Part shown: positions 50,356 through 63,961 of the stretch, one piece after another | Layout of the letters: each line of letters begins with the position of its first letter | Numbering within the stretch: the stretch's first letter is position 1 | Assembly (NCBI RefSeq): GCF_006345805.1 | Contig: NC_043001.1 | Coordinates: 27,404,001-27,468,000, forward strand | Length of the DNA stretch: 64,000 bases | Origin: Octopus sinensis | Lineage: Eukaryota | Direction of reading: 5' to 3' | Notes under the pieces: generated by a model | The model's database searches: none | Told to the model about the DNA's origin: nothing | What the model saw: only the letters and a program-made list of their open reading frames with translations | Translations under genes and position numbers: made by a program

Positions 50356-52184
50356 CTGAGATTACTACTAAAACTATTCAAACCAAGAGTTTTGTCACAA
50401 TAATTTTCAAAGTTTTGATACGAAACTATAGCTTCTTGTGCAACTCCACTCATATTCTCTATGAATAAAATAATAATAATAATTATACTCTTTTACTCGT
50501 TTGACTGCAGCCATGCTGGAGCACTGCCTTTAGTTAAGGAAATCGACCCCAGGACTTATTTTTTGTAAGCCTAGTACTTATTCTATCAGTCTCTTTAGCC
50601 AAACCACTAAGTTATGGGGACGTAAACACACCAGCATCAGTTGTCAAGTGATGTTGGGGTGGGGGACAAACACAGACACATATATATATATATACGACGG
50701 GCTTCTTTCAGTTTCCTTCTACCAAATCCTCTCACAAGGCTTTGGTCTGCCCGAGGCTATATAGTAGAAGACACTTGCCCAAGGAGCCACGCAGTGGGAC
50801 TGAAACTGGAGCCATATGGTTGGTAAGCAAGCTACTTACCACACAGTCACTTAATTATTATTATTATTTTATAATTATTATCATACATGCATACATACTA
50901 TCTGTGTGTGTGTGTGTGTATTATCTCTTACAGCCTACAAAAACATTTTATTTGTGAATGAAGCTGCAATTTTTAAAATTTTCTCTACCAAAATTTTTTT
51001 TAAAAATACTAATGTCTATATTCATTGATTATCTTGAAGGCATGATTCTCTTTTCAATGTTATTCAAATGAAACAAGAATAGCTTAGCTTAGCAATTGGT
51101 ATTTCCACCTATAGGATAAAGAACTGAAACTGTTTCCTCAGGAAGGCAATTTAATAGCAATATCAATAATAACACCAATAACAATATTAACAATAATAAT
51201 CATAGGCATATATTATAATTTCTGAGCAGACACATAACAAAATGCATAATTTTATTCTAAATTTTAAAATAACTTTTTATAGTTATTAACAACAAATATT
51301 CCAAATAACATATTTAATAATTTTAACAACAATTTTATTTGTATTTTATATTTATTTATTCATATTTTTAATGAAAGTTTTGTTTTTCATCAAGATTTAA
51401 AATAAAAATCGTTTTCCCACTTGGCTTTTATGTTAGCTATGAAACGTATTGATAATGAATTACCTCCCTTGCACTCAATACGTCATAGATTTGCAGTTAC
51501 GTACCTTGCTAATTTGTAAATATTATAGTTGTTCATCAGGATTGTCTGTGTAGATATAGATACTGTGTTTATATCATCATCATCATCATCATCATTTAGC
51601 GTCCGTTCTCCATGCTAGCATGGGTTGGACGGTTCAACTGGGGTCTGTGAAGCTGGAAGGCTTCATCAGGCCCAGTCAGATCTGGCAGTGTTTCTGTGGC
51701 TGGATGCCCTTCCTAACGCCAACCACTCCGTGAGTGTAGTGGGTGCTTTTTACGTGCCACCCGCACAGGTGCCAGACAGAGCTGGCAAACGGCCACGAAC
51801 GGATGGTGCTTTTACGTGTCACCGGCACGGGGCCAGGCGAGGCTGGCAACGGACACGAACGGATGGTGCTTTTACGTGACACCAACACGGGGGCCAGACA
51901 GAGCTGGCAAACGGCCACGAACGGATGGTGCTTTTACGTGTCACCGGCACGATACATATGAAATATATATATATATATATATACTCTTTTACTTGTTTCA
52001 GACATTTGACTGCTGCCATGCTGGAAGATCCGCCTTTAGTTGAGCAAATCGACCCCTAGTACTTATTCTATCGGCCTCTTTGCCGAACCGCTAGGTTACG
52101 GGGACGTATACACACCAGCATCGGTTGTCAAGCGATGTTGGGGACACACACACACACACATAAACATATACACACACACATATA

Positions 52185-52218
<34 letters not shown>

Positions 52219-54737
52219 CGACGGGCTTCTTTCAGTTTCCTTCAACCAGATCCACTCACTAAGCTTTGGTCGACCCGAGGCTATAGTAGAAGACACTTGC
52301 CCAAGGTGCCATGCAGTGGGACTGAACCCGGAACCACGTGGTTGGTAAGCAAGCTACTTACCACACAGCCACATATATACATACGCGTATGTATATACTT
52401 ACATCTATACATAAATATATATATATATAATATAAATATGTGTGTGTGTGTGAGAGAGAGCGAGAGAGAGAGAGAGAAGAGAGAGTAAAAGTATATATAT
52501 CTTTGAGATTTGGTGCCAAGCCATCTGCAATTATTTTCCATTTTTTTTTAATGGCTAGGGCAGCATTCATGACCTTCTTTCATTGCTTTCAAGACTGGTG
52601 AGGGCTCTTAAGGACTGGATGAAATTGTCATTAATTAATTATATTTGTTAATAATTTTAAATGTCTCAATTACTGTATAAGAAAAAAAAACTATAAAGAT
52701 ATACTAAACATATTTTGATGAGATTGTCCACAATGTTCTGCAGTGTTCAACAAGGTTTATGGAAAATTCTGGTAGAGATATTGTTACATTTCGGGACGGT
52801 CATTTTACCTTCTTTTTTTTTTTTTTTTGTTTTTTTAATGACCATCTCAAACTATAACAATATCTGATAACTGACAAAGATGTTATTCTAGAATTGATAA
52901 AGCTTAATATTATCAAGTGTTCTCAAAAGTATTGGTCAGTACATATTTATTTTAAAAATGAAATCAGTTGATCCAATTACTAACAATCTTGTCATTGCAA
53001 CCATCAATAAGAAATAATCCTTTGGATACCAACCCAAATGAGACTGTCCTCAATCCGTTGGTTCTCTGGAACAACTTTCCTGCTTTAAAGGCATCTAAAC
53101 TAAAATTTTCCATTAAAATTTCATGTAAATTTATGCTCCAAACATAAGCTTTATAATGACAAGGTTATTTTATTGTATAATCATTTTTTAAAATTAACAG
53201 AAATACAAGGGTGTATTTCAACAGAAATCATCATTATCATTTAACGTCCATTTTCAATGGTGGCATGGGTTGGACGGTTTGATTGGAGCGAGTAAGGCCA
53301 AGGACCAAACCAGGCTCTATTGTTTGTCCTGGCATTGTTTCTACAACTGGATGCCCTTCCTTAATACCAACTATTCCCCAGAGTGTATGGGGTGCTTTTC
53401 ATGTGGCACCAATTCTGCTGTGGTGGAAGGGTTTTCTTGAATACAAGGTACCAAATATCTCAGTCCTTTGTAAGGTTCAATGTCCTGAGATTGGCCTTCA
53501 GTACTTTGTCCCATGTCTTTCTGGGTCCCCTTCCTTCACAAGTTCCATCCAAATATTGTCACAAAAGAGTTAGAGCATTTCAACTTTTTAGTTCATATAT
53601 TTGACTTCTCCTTTGTCCAACAATGGTCATAGTCATTGTTTGCCATACCCTGCTCTCCTTGTTAATTTTGGTCAACTTGCTCTGATCAGGAAATATTATA
53701 ACAGAGCAATATTTTCAGCCTAAATGACAGGGCATGGATTATATCATCAATGTAGTAATGTCTAGAATATTCTTTTTTTACTTAACCCTTTCATGAAGTA
53801 GATTGGCTGGATCATTAGAATATTGGACAAAATGCCATGTGGTATTTAGTATTGGTTCTTTATATACTCTCAGTTCATATCAAGGGCAGCATCAATTTTT
53901 ATCCTTTCAGGGTTGACAAAACAAAGTACCAGTCAAGTACTAAACTGATCTAATTAACTAACACCTCTCCACATGTTCATGGCCTTCTGCATATTCATTT
54001 ATTATTATAGCAGAATCATTACAGCATGAGACAAATTTCTATATGGTATTTGTTCAGGTTATGTACCTTCTGAGTTCAAAACTTGCTAGAGTCAATTTTA
54101 TCCTTCATCTCACCAGGGTCGATAAAATATCAGCCTGAATTTCAAGCCTTCTGCCTTTAGTAGAAAGGATTATTATTATCATCATTATTTAAGGCAGCAA
54201 GATGGCAGAATCATTAGCATGCTGGGCAAAATGCTTAGCAGTATTTCACCCATTGCTACATTCTAAGTTCAAATGCTGTTGAGGTCAACTTTGCCTTTCC
54301 TCTTTTCAGCTTCGATAAATTAAGTACCAGTGAAACAATGGGGGTCAATGTAATCAACTAGTCCCTTCCCTACAAATTTCAAACCTTGTACCTCCAGTAG
54401 AAAGGATTGTAGTAGTAGTAGTAGTAGTAGTAGTAGGGTTGACTTTTGCTTTCTATTCGTACAAGTTGACTCCAAGTCTCACCCACAGACCCCAAGAGAC
54501 AATAAATTAGAAGTCCAAGTTGGTGTTATGACTAGGGTGCCATATTTTTGGTTTTCCAGAAAGTAGTGTTCTAGAGAATGTCTGTGAAAACATAAGAAAA
54601 TTACAAGTTTGTTTTAAAAGTAATTTGATTGTAAGATGATAGTGTGATGTTAAGATGACAGTAGATGTTTGCTATTATGTACATTTAAAAGTATCTTGAC
54701 ACTTTACAAATTAAAATGTTTTGGGGATTACATAGAC

Positions 54738-54770
<33 letters not shown>

Positions 54771-55779
54771 CATTATTATTATTATTATTATTATTATTCA
54801 TATACACACAACAGATTAGACTGTTGGAAACAAAAAATTCCTAACATCAGGCTACAAGTAACCTTAGATGCCAAAAACCTTGCTAAGTATCCTAGTTGTT
54901 TCTAATAACACTGTTTTCTAGAGCTGTACTAAACTGGGTTTTATACATATTTCTTCTAGCCATCTGTTCAAATTATGTCTATTTCATCTATCCATTTGTT
55001 CAGAATTATTATTATTATTATTATTATTGTTATTATTATTATTATTATCATTATTATTATTATTATTTTATATGACACCGTATATCAGAATTTTACTGTA
55101 TGAGTTCGTTTATTAATATTTTTGCTTCTTGTAATACTTTTGATTTTAAAGAAAATCTTGAGACATTTATTTATATTTTATATACTGGATGGTGCACATT
55201 TATATTATCAATACAATTTGTGTGTTTTTTTGTTGTTTTTTTTTTCTTATTAAAATCATTTCTACATTTAATCAAATACTTTGTAGCTATTTCAACAGCC
55301 TTCTGCTTAAAATATTTCTTAGTATATTTCCATTTTACTTCTCAGAGCTCTAAATTTTACTTCCTCTAGTTAATTCTGCAAGAGTAGACAACAACATGTT
55401 GTCAAAGGTCTCACAGGGTTGTGGTTGTTGTTGTTGTTGTTATTTTATATTGCTTCTCAGAGATTATTTGCTCTGGTTGATTGTCACTGTCAATGGACAG
55501 CAACCTGTTGTCAGAGATCTCACAGAGTCTCTTTCCACAAATTATAAGACTTGGTATTTGGATGTTAAGTATTTTGAAAGATATTCAACACTCAAGCACC
55601 AATCTCAAAATCCAAGCTGTCCCAAGTAGAGCAGTTTTTTAGGCATGCTCTGTCCTCATGTCAATTCCAATTTCTCTGATATACATATTTCTTGAACTTG
55701 TATTATTTTTATCATTATTATTATTGCTATTATTATTATTATTATTATTATTATTTTTATTAATATTATTATCATTATT

Positions 55780-56172
55780 ATAAACGTTGCACAGTATACA
55801 ATATTGGGAAGTTATTGATTGAAGATATTGTGTCTACCATGGGTTTATACTCTTTTTCAAGCCACAACAAGGACCTCAGAGAGACAGTACTTTCGCAATA
55901 TTCATGCAGTTCCAAGTAATGCCAACTTTTACAATACACCGAGATTGTAGGTATCTCTAAGTTTTCAGATGTTTTTTCAGATTAGGTGGTATTGAACCCA
56001 ATGCTCTGATGACAATAGGGATAACCTTTATGTTTGACTCTCATAGCTGCCTCATCTTAGCGATCTCAATTCTCACATCTCCATATTCATCAACCTTTTC
56101 TCTTTCTTTCATGATGATATGTTGATCTCCTGGCACTGCCACATCAATTATTAGGCACTTTCTTTTATCCCT
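55780..56172 (-). mobile_element. Degraded RLE-type LINE 3' end
   Basis: KCLIIDVAVPGDQHIIMKEREKVDEYGDVRIEI...KVIPIVIRALGSIP; (TAA)n tail. Confidence 0.75.
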
Positions 56173-57843
56173 GAATTGGTAGAATAGTTAAGGTGTCAGA
56201 TAATGCCTTGCTGTATTTGTTTTGGTCATTACATTTAGAGTTAAAATCCTGCCAAAAGTCAACTTCGTCTTTCATCTTAACTTATATTGTCAATCTAATC
56301 AACTAATATACTTACCATAAAATTTGTGGCATTGTACCTATGTTAGAAATTATTATTAATTTTTATGGGGTTGTGATGAATTTTGAGGAAGTGAACCCAG
56401 ATAGTGTTCATTAAACATAGGTTGAATATCAATTTGATCTACTCAAAGAAGATAAAGGAAATCCTGACTATATAAAGGAAGGATTTTGAAAAAAAACAAG
56501 TTAATTGTTGGATTTTGGAACTCTGTTTGAAATAAAATTTTGTTAACTTTTCTCATTATCACAATCATCATCATCATCATTGTCATCATCATTATAGTTA
56601 TTAATATTGTTGTTGTTGTAGTTAAGACTGCTAGCTGGTAGAAACATTAGCATGCATGTCATCTGTCTTTACATTCTGAGTTCAAATTCTGCCAGGGCTG
56701 ACTTTACCTTTCATCCTCTCAGGCTCAATACAATACGTACCAGTTGAGAACTGGGGTTGATGTAATCAACCTACCTCAAAACTGCTGGCCTTGTGCCAAA
56801 ATTTGAAACCATTATTACTATTTTTAAGGTGATGAGCTGGCAGAGTACATCAGAGAAAATAATTCATGGCATTTCTTCCAGCTCTTTATGTTTTGAGTTC
56901 AAATCTCACCAAGGTTAACCTTGTCTTTCATTCCTTGAGGTTCAATAAAATAAAGTAGCAGTCAGATACTGGGGCCGATGTAAACAGCTTGTTTGCCTCC
57001 CTAAAAATTGCTGGCCTTTTACCAAAATTAGAAATTATTATTATTTATATTATTATCATATTGTTGTTGTTATTTTTATTGAAATTCACTCTTTTTAACA
57101 CTTTAGAGGTGAATCCCTGGAATGTTTTTACACCATGGAAGAATAAGATATTTTTATCTTATAGTTGCTATCTATTTTAAATTCAGTAAAAAATCATCTG
57201 AATTTCAATTATATATTTTTTTTAAAAGCTTCTTTTTTTTCTTTTTTTTCAGAAAATCTCTTTAGCAATTTTAATATCTTTTTCTAAGCACCAAATCAAA
57301 CCTTTATTTAAATTACAAAGTCCAACCATCACTGTGAAGAAACAACATCACATTCTGCAAAGGCCCTTCAAGTCAAGCATATATGAGTAGGTTTCTTTTT
57401 TGTTTGTAGTACTCTCTTGATAAAGTATAAGAAGCCATCTGAAAGTATAGGCATTTTACATCTGAAATAATTCTATCCAGCACACTATACAAAGCGGTTG
57501 ATGTTAAGAGGCACAATCCAGTCCCCCAACTCATAAGATCCTGTTAAAACAACATCCACAGCATGCTGACATAGAAGATAGATATCAAATGATGATGATG
57601 ATGATGTTAACGATTATGATGATGATATATGTATGTGTAGACATACATATATATATATATACATACATACAGACAGACAGACAGATATAAATAAGTAAAA
57701 GTAACAAAGTTGTACAGGTGTCAATTTATTATGGCTGTTTCAAACAAGGTACCTCAATTTAAGTACCTAATTCAAATGAATCTTACTTATATTTTACATA
57801 TATATATATGTGTGTGTGTGTGTGTATACATAATATATATATA

Positions 57844-57886
<43 letters not shown>

Positions 57887-58558
57887 AGATGTGGCCGATG
57901 CTAGTGCTATCTGACTGGCACTCGTGCTGGTGGCATTCATGAGTGGGTCATTGCCAGTGCTACCTGACTGTCTCTCCGTACTGGTGGCACATAAAAAGCA
58001 CCATCCAAATGTGACCCCCATTCCAGTGGCACATGAAAAGCACCCACTACACTCTCAGAGTGGTTGGCATTAGGAAGGGCATCAAGCTGTAGAAACATTG
58101 CCAGATCAGTTTGAAGTCTGGTGAGGCTTCCTGGCTTTCCAGTCCCCGGTCAAACCATCCAACCCATACCAGTATAGAAAACGGATGTTAAGCGATGTTG
58201 ATGATGATGATGATATATATATATGATGATGATATATATATATATATCCCACTACTGGTAAACTGTAAACCAGTACAACCTGTGTCAGTGGGGTAGAAAG
58301 GGCTCCTTAGCCGTAGTGAAGGCAATCTGTCTAGGGAGATAACCTTACAATAAATCACTCGGTCTGTAGCTTAGAAATACTGGGTTGACATCCAGCGGGA
58401 ACAGCTTTGTTTCATGGAGGAAGAAAGACCTTCTTTAGTGCTTGGTTGTACAATGCTTTCCAATGTGTGTAGTAGCGGCGCGCGCACACATTATTAGCCA
58501 TTTGAAAAGACTATGGAGTCTCGACCACGGTTGAACAATGATGATGATGATATATTTA

Positions 58559-58591
<33 letters not shown>

Positions 58592-58929
58592 ATATGTATA
58601 TATACATATCTACACACACATATATATATATACTTATATATATATATATATGTGTGTGTGTTTGTTGTGTGTGTATATATATATATAAGATAGATAGATA
58701 GATAGATATATATAGATATAGATATATATGTTGGACTGATGAAATCTACAAGTTTTTTTCTTTCTCTCTCTGTTTATTTTCTCTTATTCCTTTCTGTTTA
58801 AGAGTGTAGGTTCAAAACATAAAAGACTTTTCCATTTTTCCTGAGTGTCAAACTAATACATTTGCATGTTGTTCATACACCTGTCTTCACCTTTTGTTTT
58901 TCTATAAATTTCAACTATATATGTATATA

Positions 58930-59651
58930 GTGCAGACAACTGGCAGGATGGATACTGAGGTCCTTCAAGACAAGAGACTAAGAAACTATGTTAACCCTGT
59001 GGAAAAACTTTGTTCTCAGTTGCCTGGACTACTGCTCCCAGTTATGGTCACCACATAGTACCAAATTAATAGTGGATCTTGAAACAGTCCAATGCCACCA
59101 ACTAAAATGATTGAAACAGCGCAGCAGATGAGCTACAGGGGTAGGCTGAGAAAACTACAGATTTACTCCCTGGAGCAAAAGCGCGAGAGATATGAAATAA
59201 TATACAAATGTAGAATCCTAGAAGAGCTAGTACCTAACTTTGGCATTGAGTGTTATACAAATACCAGAACTAGCCACCATTGTATTGTACCAAAGATACC
59301 ATCCACTCCATCTACATTCAAGACCAGGTACTGCCATAGTCAAGGGTTTAAAGGCCCACAGCTCTTCCATGCTCTACCGCAAAAGTTAAGCAATTTGTGT
59401 AAGGTGGAAGTAGATGTCTTCAAAAAGGAACTAGATAGCCTCCTCTCCACAATACCGGATGAACGAACAGCCCGACATAAGGTACAGACAAGGGCAGCAG
59501 AATCAAACTCCTTTATACACCAAATGTACCAACAGCTGGGACAAAGGCACATACAGGAGTGGTGATATGAAACGCCAGACTGAGGAAGCCCGAAAGACCA
59601 TGGTGGTGCTCCAGCATGACCATGGCCGCATGGCTGAAATGAATAAAAGAG
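58930..59651 (+). mobile_element. CR1-group LINE 3' end
   Basis: LDYCSQLWSP, SYRGRLRKLQIYSLEQKRERY..IY, GPQLFHALP...FKKELDSLLSTIPDE. Confidence 0.85.
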
Positions 59652-59694
59652 TATGTATGTATGTATGTGTGTGTATATACATATATATATATAT

Positions 59695-60425
59695 ATATTG
59701 GAAGGTTTGGAGATGATGTACAGGTATCTGTACATATCTGAATGATATGATATATATATGTAAAAAATGTAATATATAAATAAATATCTGTAAATATGAA
59801 CCATCCGATCTTCTGATTACCTCATTTCTTCTAATATGTATATATATATACATATATATATAAACAATTGCAGCGTGGAAGGTGTTTATAAGCCATTTAA
59901 GAAACACACAAAAACCGTTAGATTCACTTCAACATTTAAATTTAATTTGCCAAAATATTTTCATTGCTTTGAGACCACGACCTGTTCACTGACAAAATTC
60001 TGTGCTGTCAGTGAACAGGTCGCGGTCTGAAAAGCAATGAAAATATTTTGCCAAATTAAATTTATATATATATATATATTGGAAGGTTTGGAGATGATGT
60101 ACAGGTATCTGTACATATCTGAATGATATGATATATATATATATACATACATATATAGATATGTACATATATATATGTACACGCATATATATATACATAC
60201 ATACATATATATATAAACAATTGCAGCGTGGAAGGTGTTTATAAGCCATTTAAGAAACACACAAAAACCGTTAGATTCACTTCAACATTTAAATTTAATT
60301 TGCCAAAATATTTTCATTGCTTTGAGACCACGACCTGTTCACTGACAAAATTCTGTGCTGTCAGTGAACAGGTCGCGGTCTGAAAAGCAATGAAAATATT
60401 TTGCCAAATTAAATTTATATATATA
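59695..60425. repeat. Tandem duplication (~353 bp offset), each unit with an inverted pair of the GUGAACA hammerhead-like repeat
   Basis: 59866-60063 matches 60218-60416. Confidence 0.85.
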
Positions 60426-61111
60426 TATAAAAGAGAGATTCTGTCCATTTGCGTGTTTGTCCCATAAAAATGAAAGTAAATGTTTCAAGGGAGATAACAC
60501 TAATTGTGTGCACAAACCTATGGCAAACTGCATTGAGGCAAATATTCTCACTGGTTGTGGTAAATGTGACACCATGACACCGTCTTCATTCCTCACATGC
60601 CAGTTATATCATCTAATGTCCCAATGACAGTTTCCTATCCTGCTTTCTTTTGCCAGGAGCATGAATAAAAGTTTAGGCCAAACACTAAAAGTTGCTGGAT
60701 TGCAACTTGAAGAACAAACAGAAGTTCGTATATGAAATCCATCTTTTTTCTACTTCAATTATTACATGTTTTTCTCTTATATAATACACACATACAAGAC
60801 AAGTAAACCTAAATCTGATAGGACATAGCATTTGTAATTTCAATGAACTATTACCTACTGATAATTCTAATCAAATAATGTCTGCTAAAAGAAAGACTGT
60901 CAAAAAACAAACACCACGCAAATGCACAAGGTGCAATGCTTTTTCTATATGAACAGTGATGTTCCACTTAACCTGCAACCTTTTAAGGGCCATTGCAGTC
61001 AACTGGATTCCATAAAGATATTCTTCTATATGATATAACCATTTTTGTAGCATCTCAGCCCAAGAAGCAGTAAAAGTAATTACCCGAGCAACGACGGGTA
61101 TTACTGCTAGT
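60415..61111 (+). mobile_element. Deleted Helitron with helicase remnant
   Basis: QFPILLSFARSMNKSLGQTLKVAGLQLEE (60628-60714, PIF1-like motif); 3' hairpin tacccg..cgggta then CTAGT. Confidence 0.8.
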
Positions 61112-61200
61112 ATATATACAAATATATGTGTGTGTATACATGTATATATGTATACACATATATATATACATACATATATATTATATATATACACATATAA

Positions 61201-61239
<39 letters not shown>

Positions 61240-61242
61240 CAT

Positions 61243-61275
<33 letters not shown>

Positions 61276-61664
61276 CATACATACACACACATATATATAT
61301 ATATATCATACATACACACACACACACACACACATATAATATATATATATATATATATATAAATGTACATACATACATGTATACATATATGATGATATAT
61401 ATATATATATGTATGTATATATATGCTGATATATGACATATGTTGGACACCTCATTCGCATAATCACTGAACCTGGAGCTTAACTATAGTCTGTCCATAG
61501 CACTTACTCAGCATTACCTGACACCTTTGGGTCTTATTGGCACCATTCCCTCTTATAGCCTATGTACACACACACACACACATATATATATATTATATAT
61601 ATACATACATACATATATAGATATGTACATATATATACATATACATACATATATATATATACAC

Positions 61665-61696
<32 letters not shown>

Positions 61697-61816
61697 ACAT
61701 ACATATATGTATACATATATATATATATATATATACATACGTATATATACATACACACATATATATACCAATATATAGATACATAAATATATATATGTAT
61801 ACACACATATATATGT

Positions 61817-61865
<49 letters not shown>
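61112..61865. repeat. (TA)n/(CA)n/(TACA)n microsatellite tracts
   Basis: Low-complexity dinucleotide and tetranucleotide repeats. Confidence 0.9.
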
Positions 61866-61868
<3 letters not shown>

Positions 61869-62642
61869 CAATTTACAGGAAAAGACAAAACAAAAGACAA
61901 AGATAGGTCTGTAAACAACAGACGTATTAGTTTAACACTCGGGAATTGAGAAATTGTTTTACATTTTGAGCCTATGCGCTTCGACAGAAAGGGACACAGA
62001 AAAAAGTAGAGAGAGAAAATAAAAAAGGTTTAATGGCTAGCGATCAATAATGGCAAATATATATACATATGCACAGACACACACACACACACACACATAT
62101 ATATGTACATATATATAATATATATGTGTGTGTGTGTATATATATACTTCCATACACACATACACAAACGCACACAATATAATGTGTATGCACATAACCA
62201 TTATTAAATATAGTATCATAATAAACTAACTGGGATTTTTTCAATCTTTGATTATTACTAAAAGTATGCACAAATATATGTACGTATCAATTAATGTAAT
62301 TAATATGTTGCTTTTTATTGCAGGTTTTCATTAAATATAAAACTATTTTTGAAGTTAGGGAATTGCTTTGATAACTGTTTGGTCATATTGATTTTCCAAG
62401 CTGTGTACTTTTATGAGAACAACACAAAATGTTATATCAATTATTCAGTACATATAATACATCAACAGGGCCCAATATAACTCCAACACCTCTAAATCAA
62501 ACTATAGATTTGACTCAGTACTTAAACTAAATGCATGTTTGGGTGTGTATGTGAGTTTGTGTGTGTGTGTGTGTAAATGTCAGTGCATTTATATATATAT
62601 ATATATGTGTGTGTTGTGTGTGGTGTGTGTGTGTAAATGTCA

Positions 62643-62717
<75 letters not shown>

Positions 62718-62947
62718 ATGTATGTATAAATATGTACTTATATATATATATATACATACATAGATATATATGTATGTTTGTATATATGAGGGTGTGCTGA
62801 AAAGTTCCTGGCTTTGGGTAAAAGAAAATACAGGAGTGTCAGTTAATTATGATTTTATTCAACATATTCCCCTCTCAAATTTACAGATTTATTGCAGCAG
62901 TATGTAAATTATATATTTGTATATTTATATATATATGTGTATATATA

Positions 62948-62992
<45 letters not shown>

Positions 62993-63183
62993 TATATAAT
63001 ATATATATTGGCCTGCTCGCTTAGCCAGCGGGTGGTGTCATTTGAAGGCTAAAACAATGTGAAGCGCATTGTGACCAGCGATGTGTAGCAACATCTGATA
63101 GCCTGGTCGGTCACGGTGATCACGGTGATGGTGATATATATATATATATATAAGCGAGAAAGAAGCAACAAGAATGGATAGGT

Positions 63184-63274
63184 TTTTAGTACGATCGTTC
63201 ATACCAGGGACAGGTTTTATTAAAAGTTGCAAAGATTACAGCATATAAACGAGTCCCGTACTCATCAGCTAAAA
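63184..63274 (-). ncRNA. Hammerhead motif copy with defective GAAA (reads GAAC)
   Basis: Inverted copy of 63871-63961 lacking one A of GAAAC. Confidence 0.6.
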
Positions 63275-63870
63275 TACATGTAAGTTCTCTAGACATCCTA
63301 GTGTTTGAGGCTATACTCATGAAGTAATGTAGATAATTAAACAGATTTCTAAAGTTCATTAAAGTTCTTTAAAGATGATGTACAGTCTTATCACGATTTT
63401 AAAAAAGTTTGATAGCATCACAGAGAAGGTGACCTAATCCATATGAATTTCCATAGATATGATGAGGGATTATATATCACAGAAGACAAATTTATCCATT
63501 GTTAATTACAAACGAGGTGGGTCTCAATTCCTGCTTATTAGCATTACAGAGAGGGTGAATTAATCCTTAGTATATATGCACAGATTCCAATGGTGTAGAT
63601 GTAAATTTCCAGAGAAATGGAGATGAATTTCATATTCCCAGGCGATAAATTTTACAATGGTTGAACACAATGAGGTAGGTATCAATCCTTGTTATATGAT
63701 TAGGTGTTTGCCATATCTCTGTGATGCTATCAAAACTTTTTTAAAATTCTGTGATAAGACTGTACATCATCTTTAAAGAACTTTAATGAACTTTAGAAAT
63801 CTGTTTAATTATCTACATTACTTCATGAGTATAGCCTCAAACACTAGGATGTCTAGAGAACTTACATGTA

Positions 63871-63961
63871 TTTTAGCTGATGAGTACGGGACTCGTTTAT
63901 ATGCTGTAATCTTTGCAACTTTTAATAAAACCTGTCCTTGTATGAAACGATCGTACTAAAA
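63871..63961 (+). ncRNA. Type I hammerhead ribozyme motif (intact core)
   Basis: UUUUAG-CUGAUGA-GUACGGGAC...GUCCUUGUAU-GAAAC-GAUC-GUA-CUAAAA. Confidence 0.8.

Noticed and set aside
51430-51545. Hammerhead-like fragments in an inverted arrangement
   Set aside because: The core halves are incomplete in both orientations; too degenerate to call
51730-51950. Regularly spaced repeats resembling a CRISPR array
   Set aside because: The units are wholly repeated with no unique spacers; part of an RTE-tail repeat in a eukaryote
58247-58550. Possible HDV-like ribozyme in an RTE-related short element
   Set aside because: I could not build the nested double pseudoknot by eye
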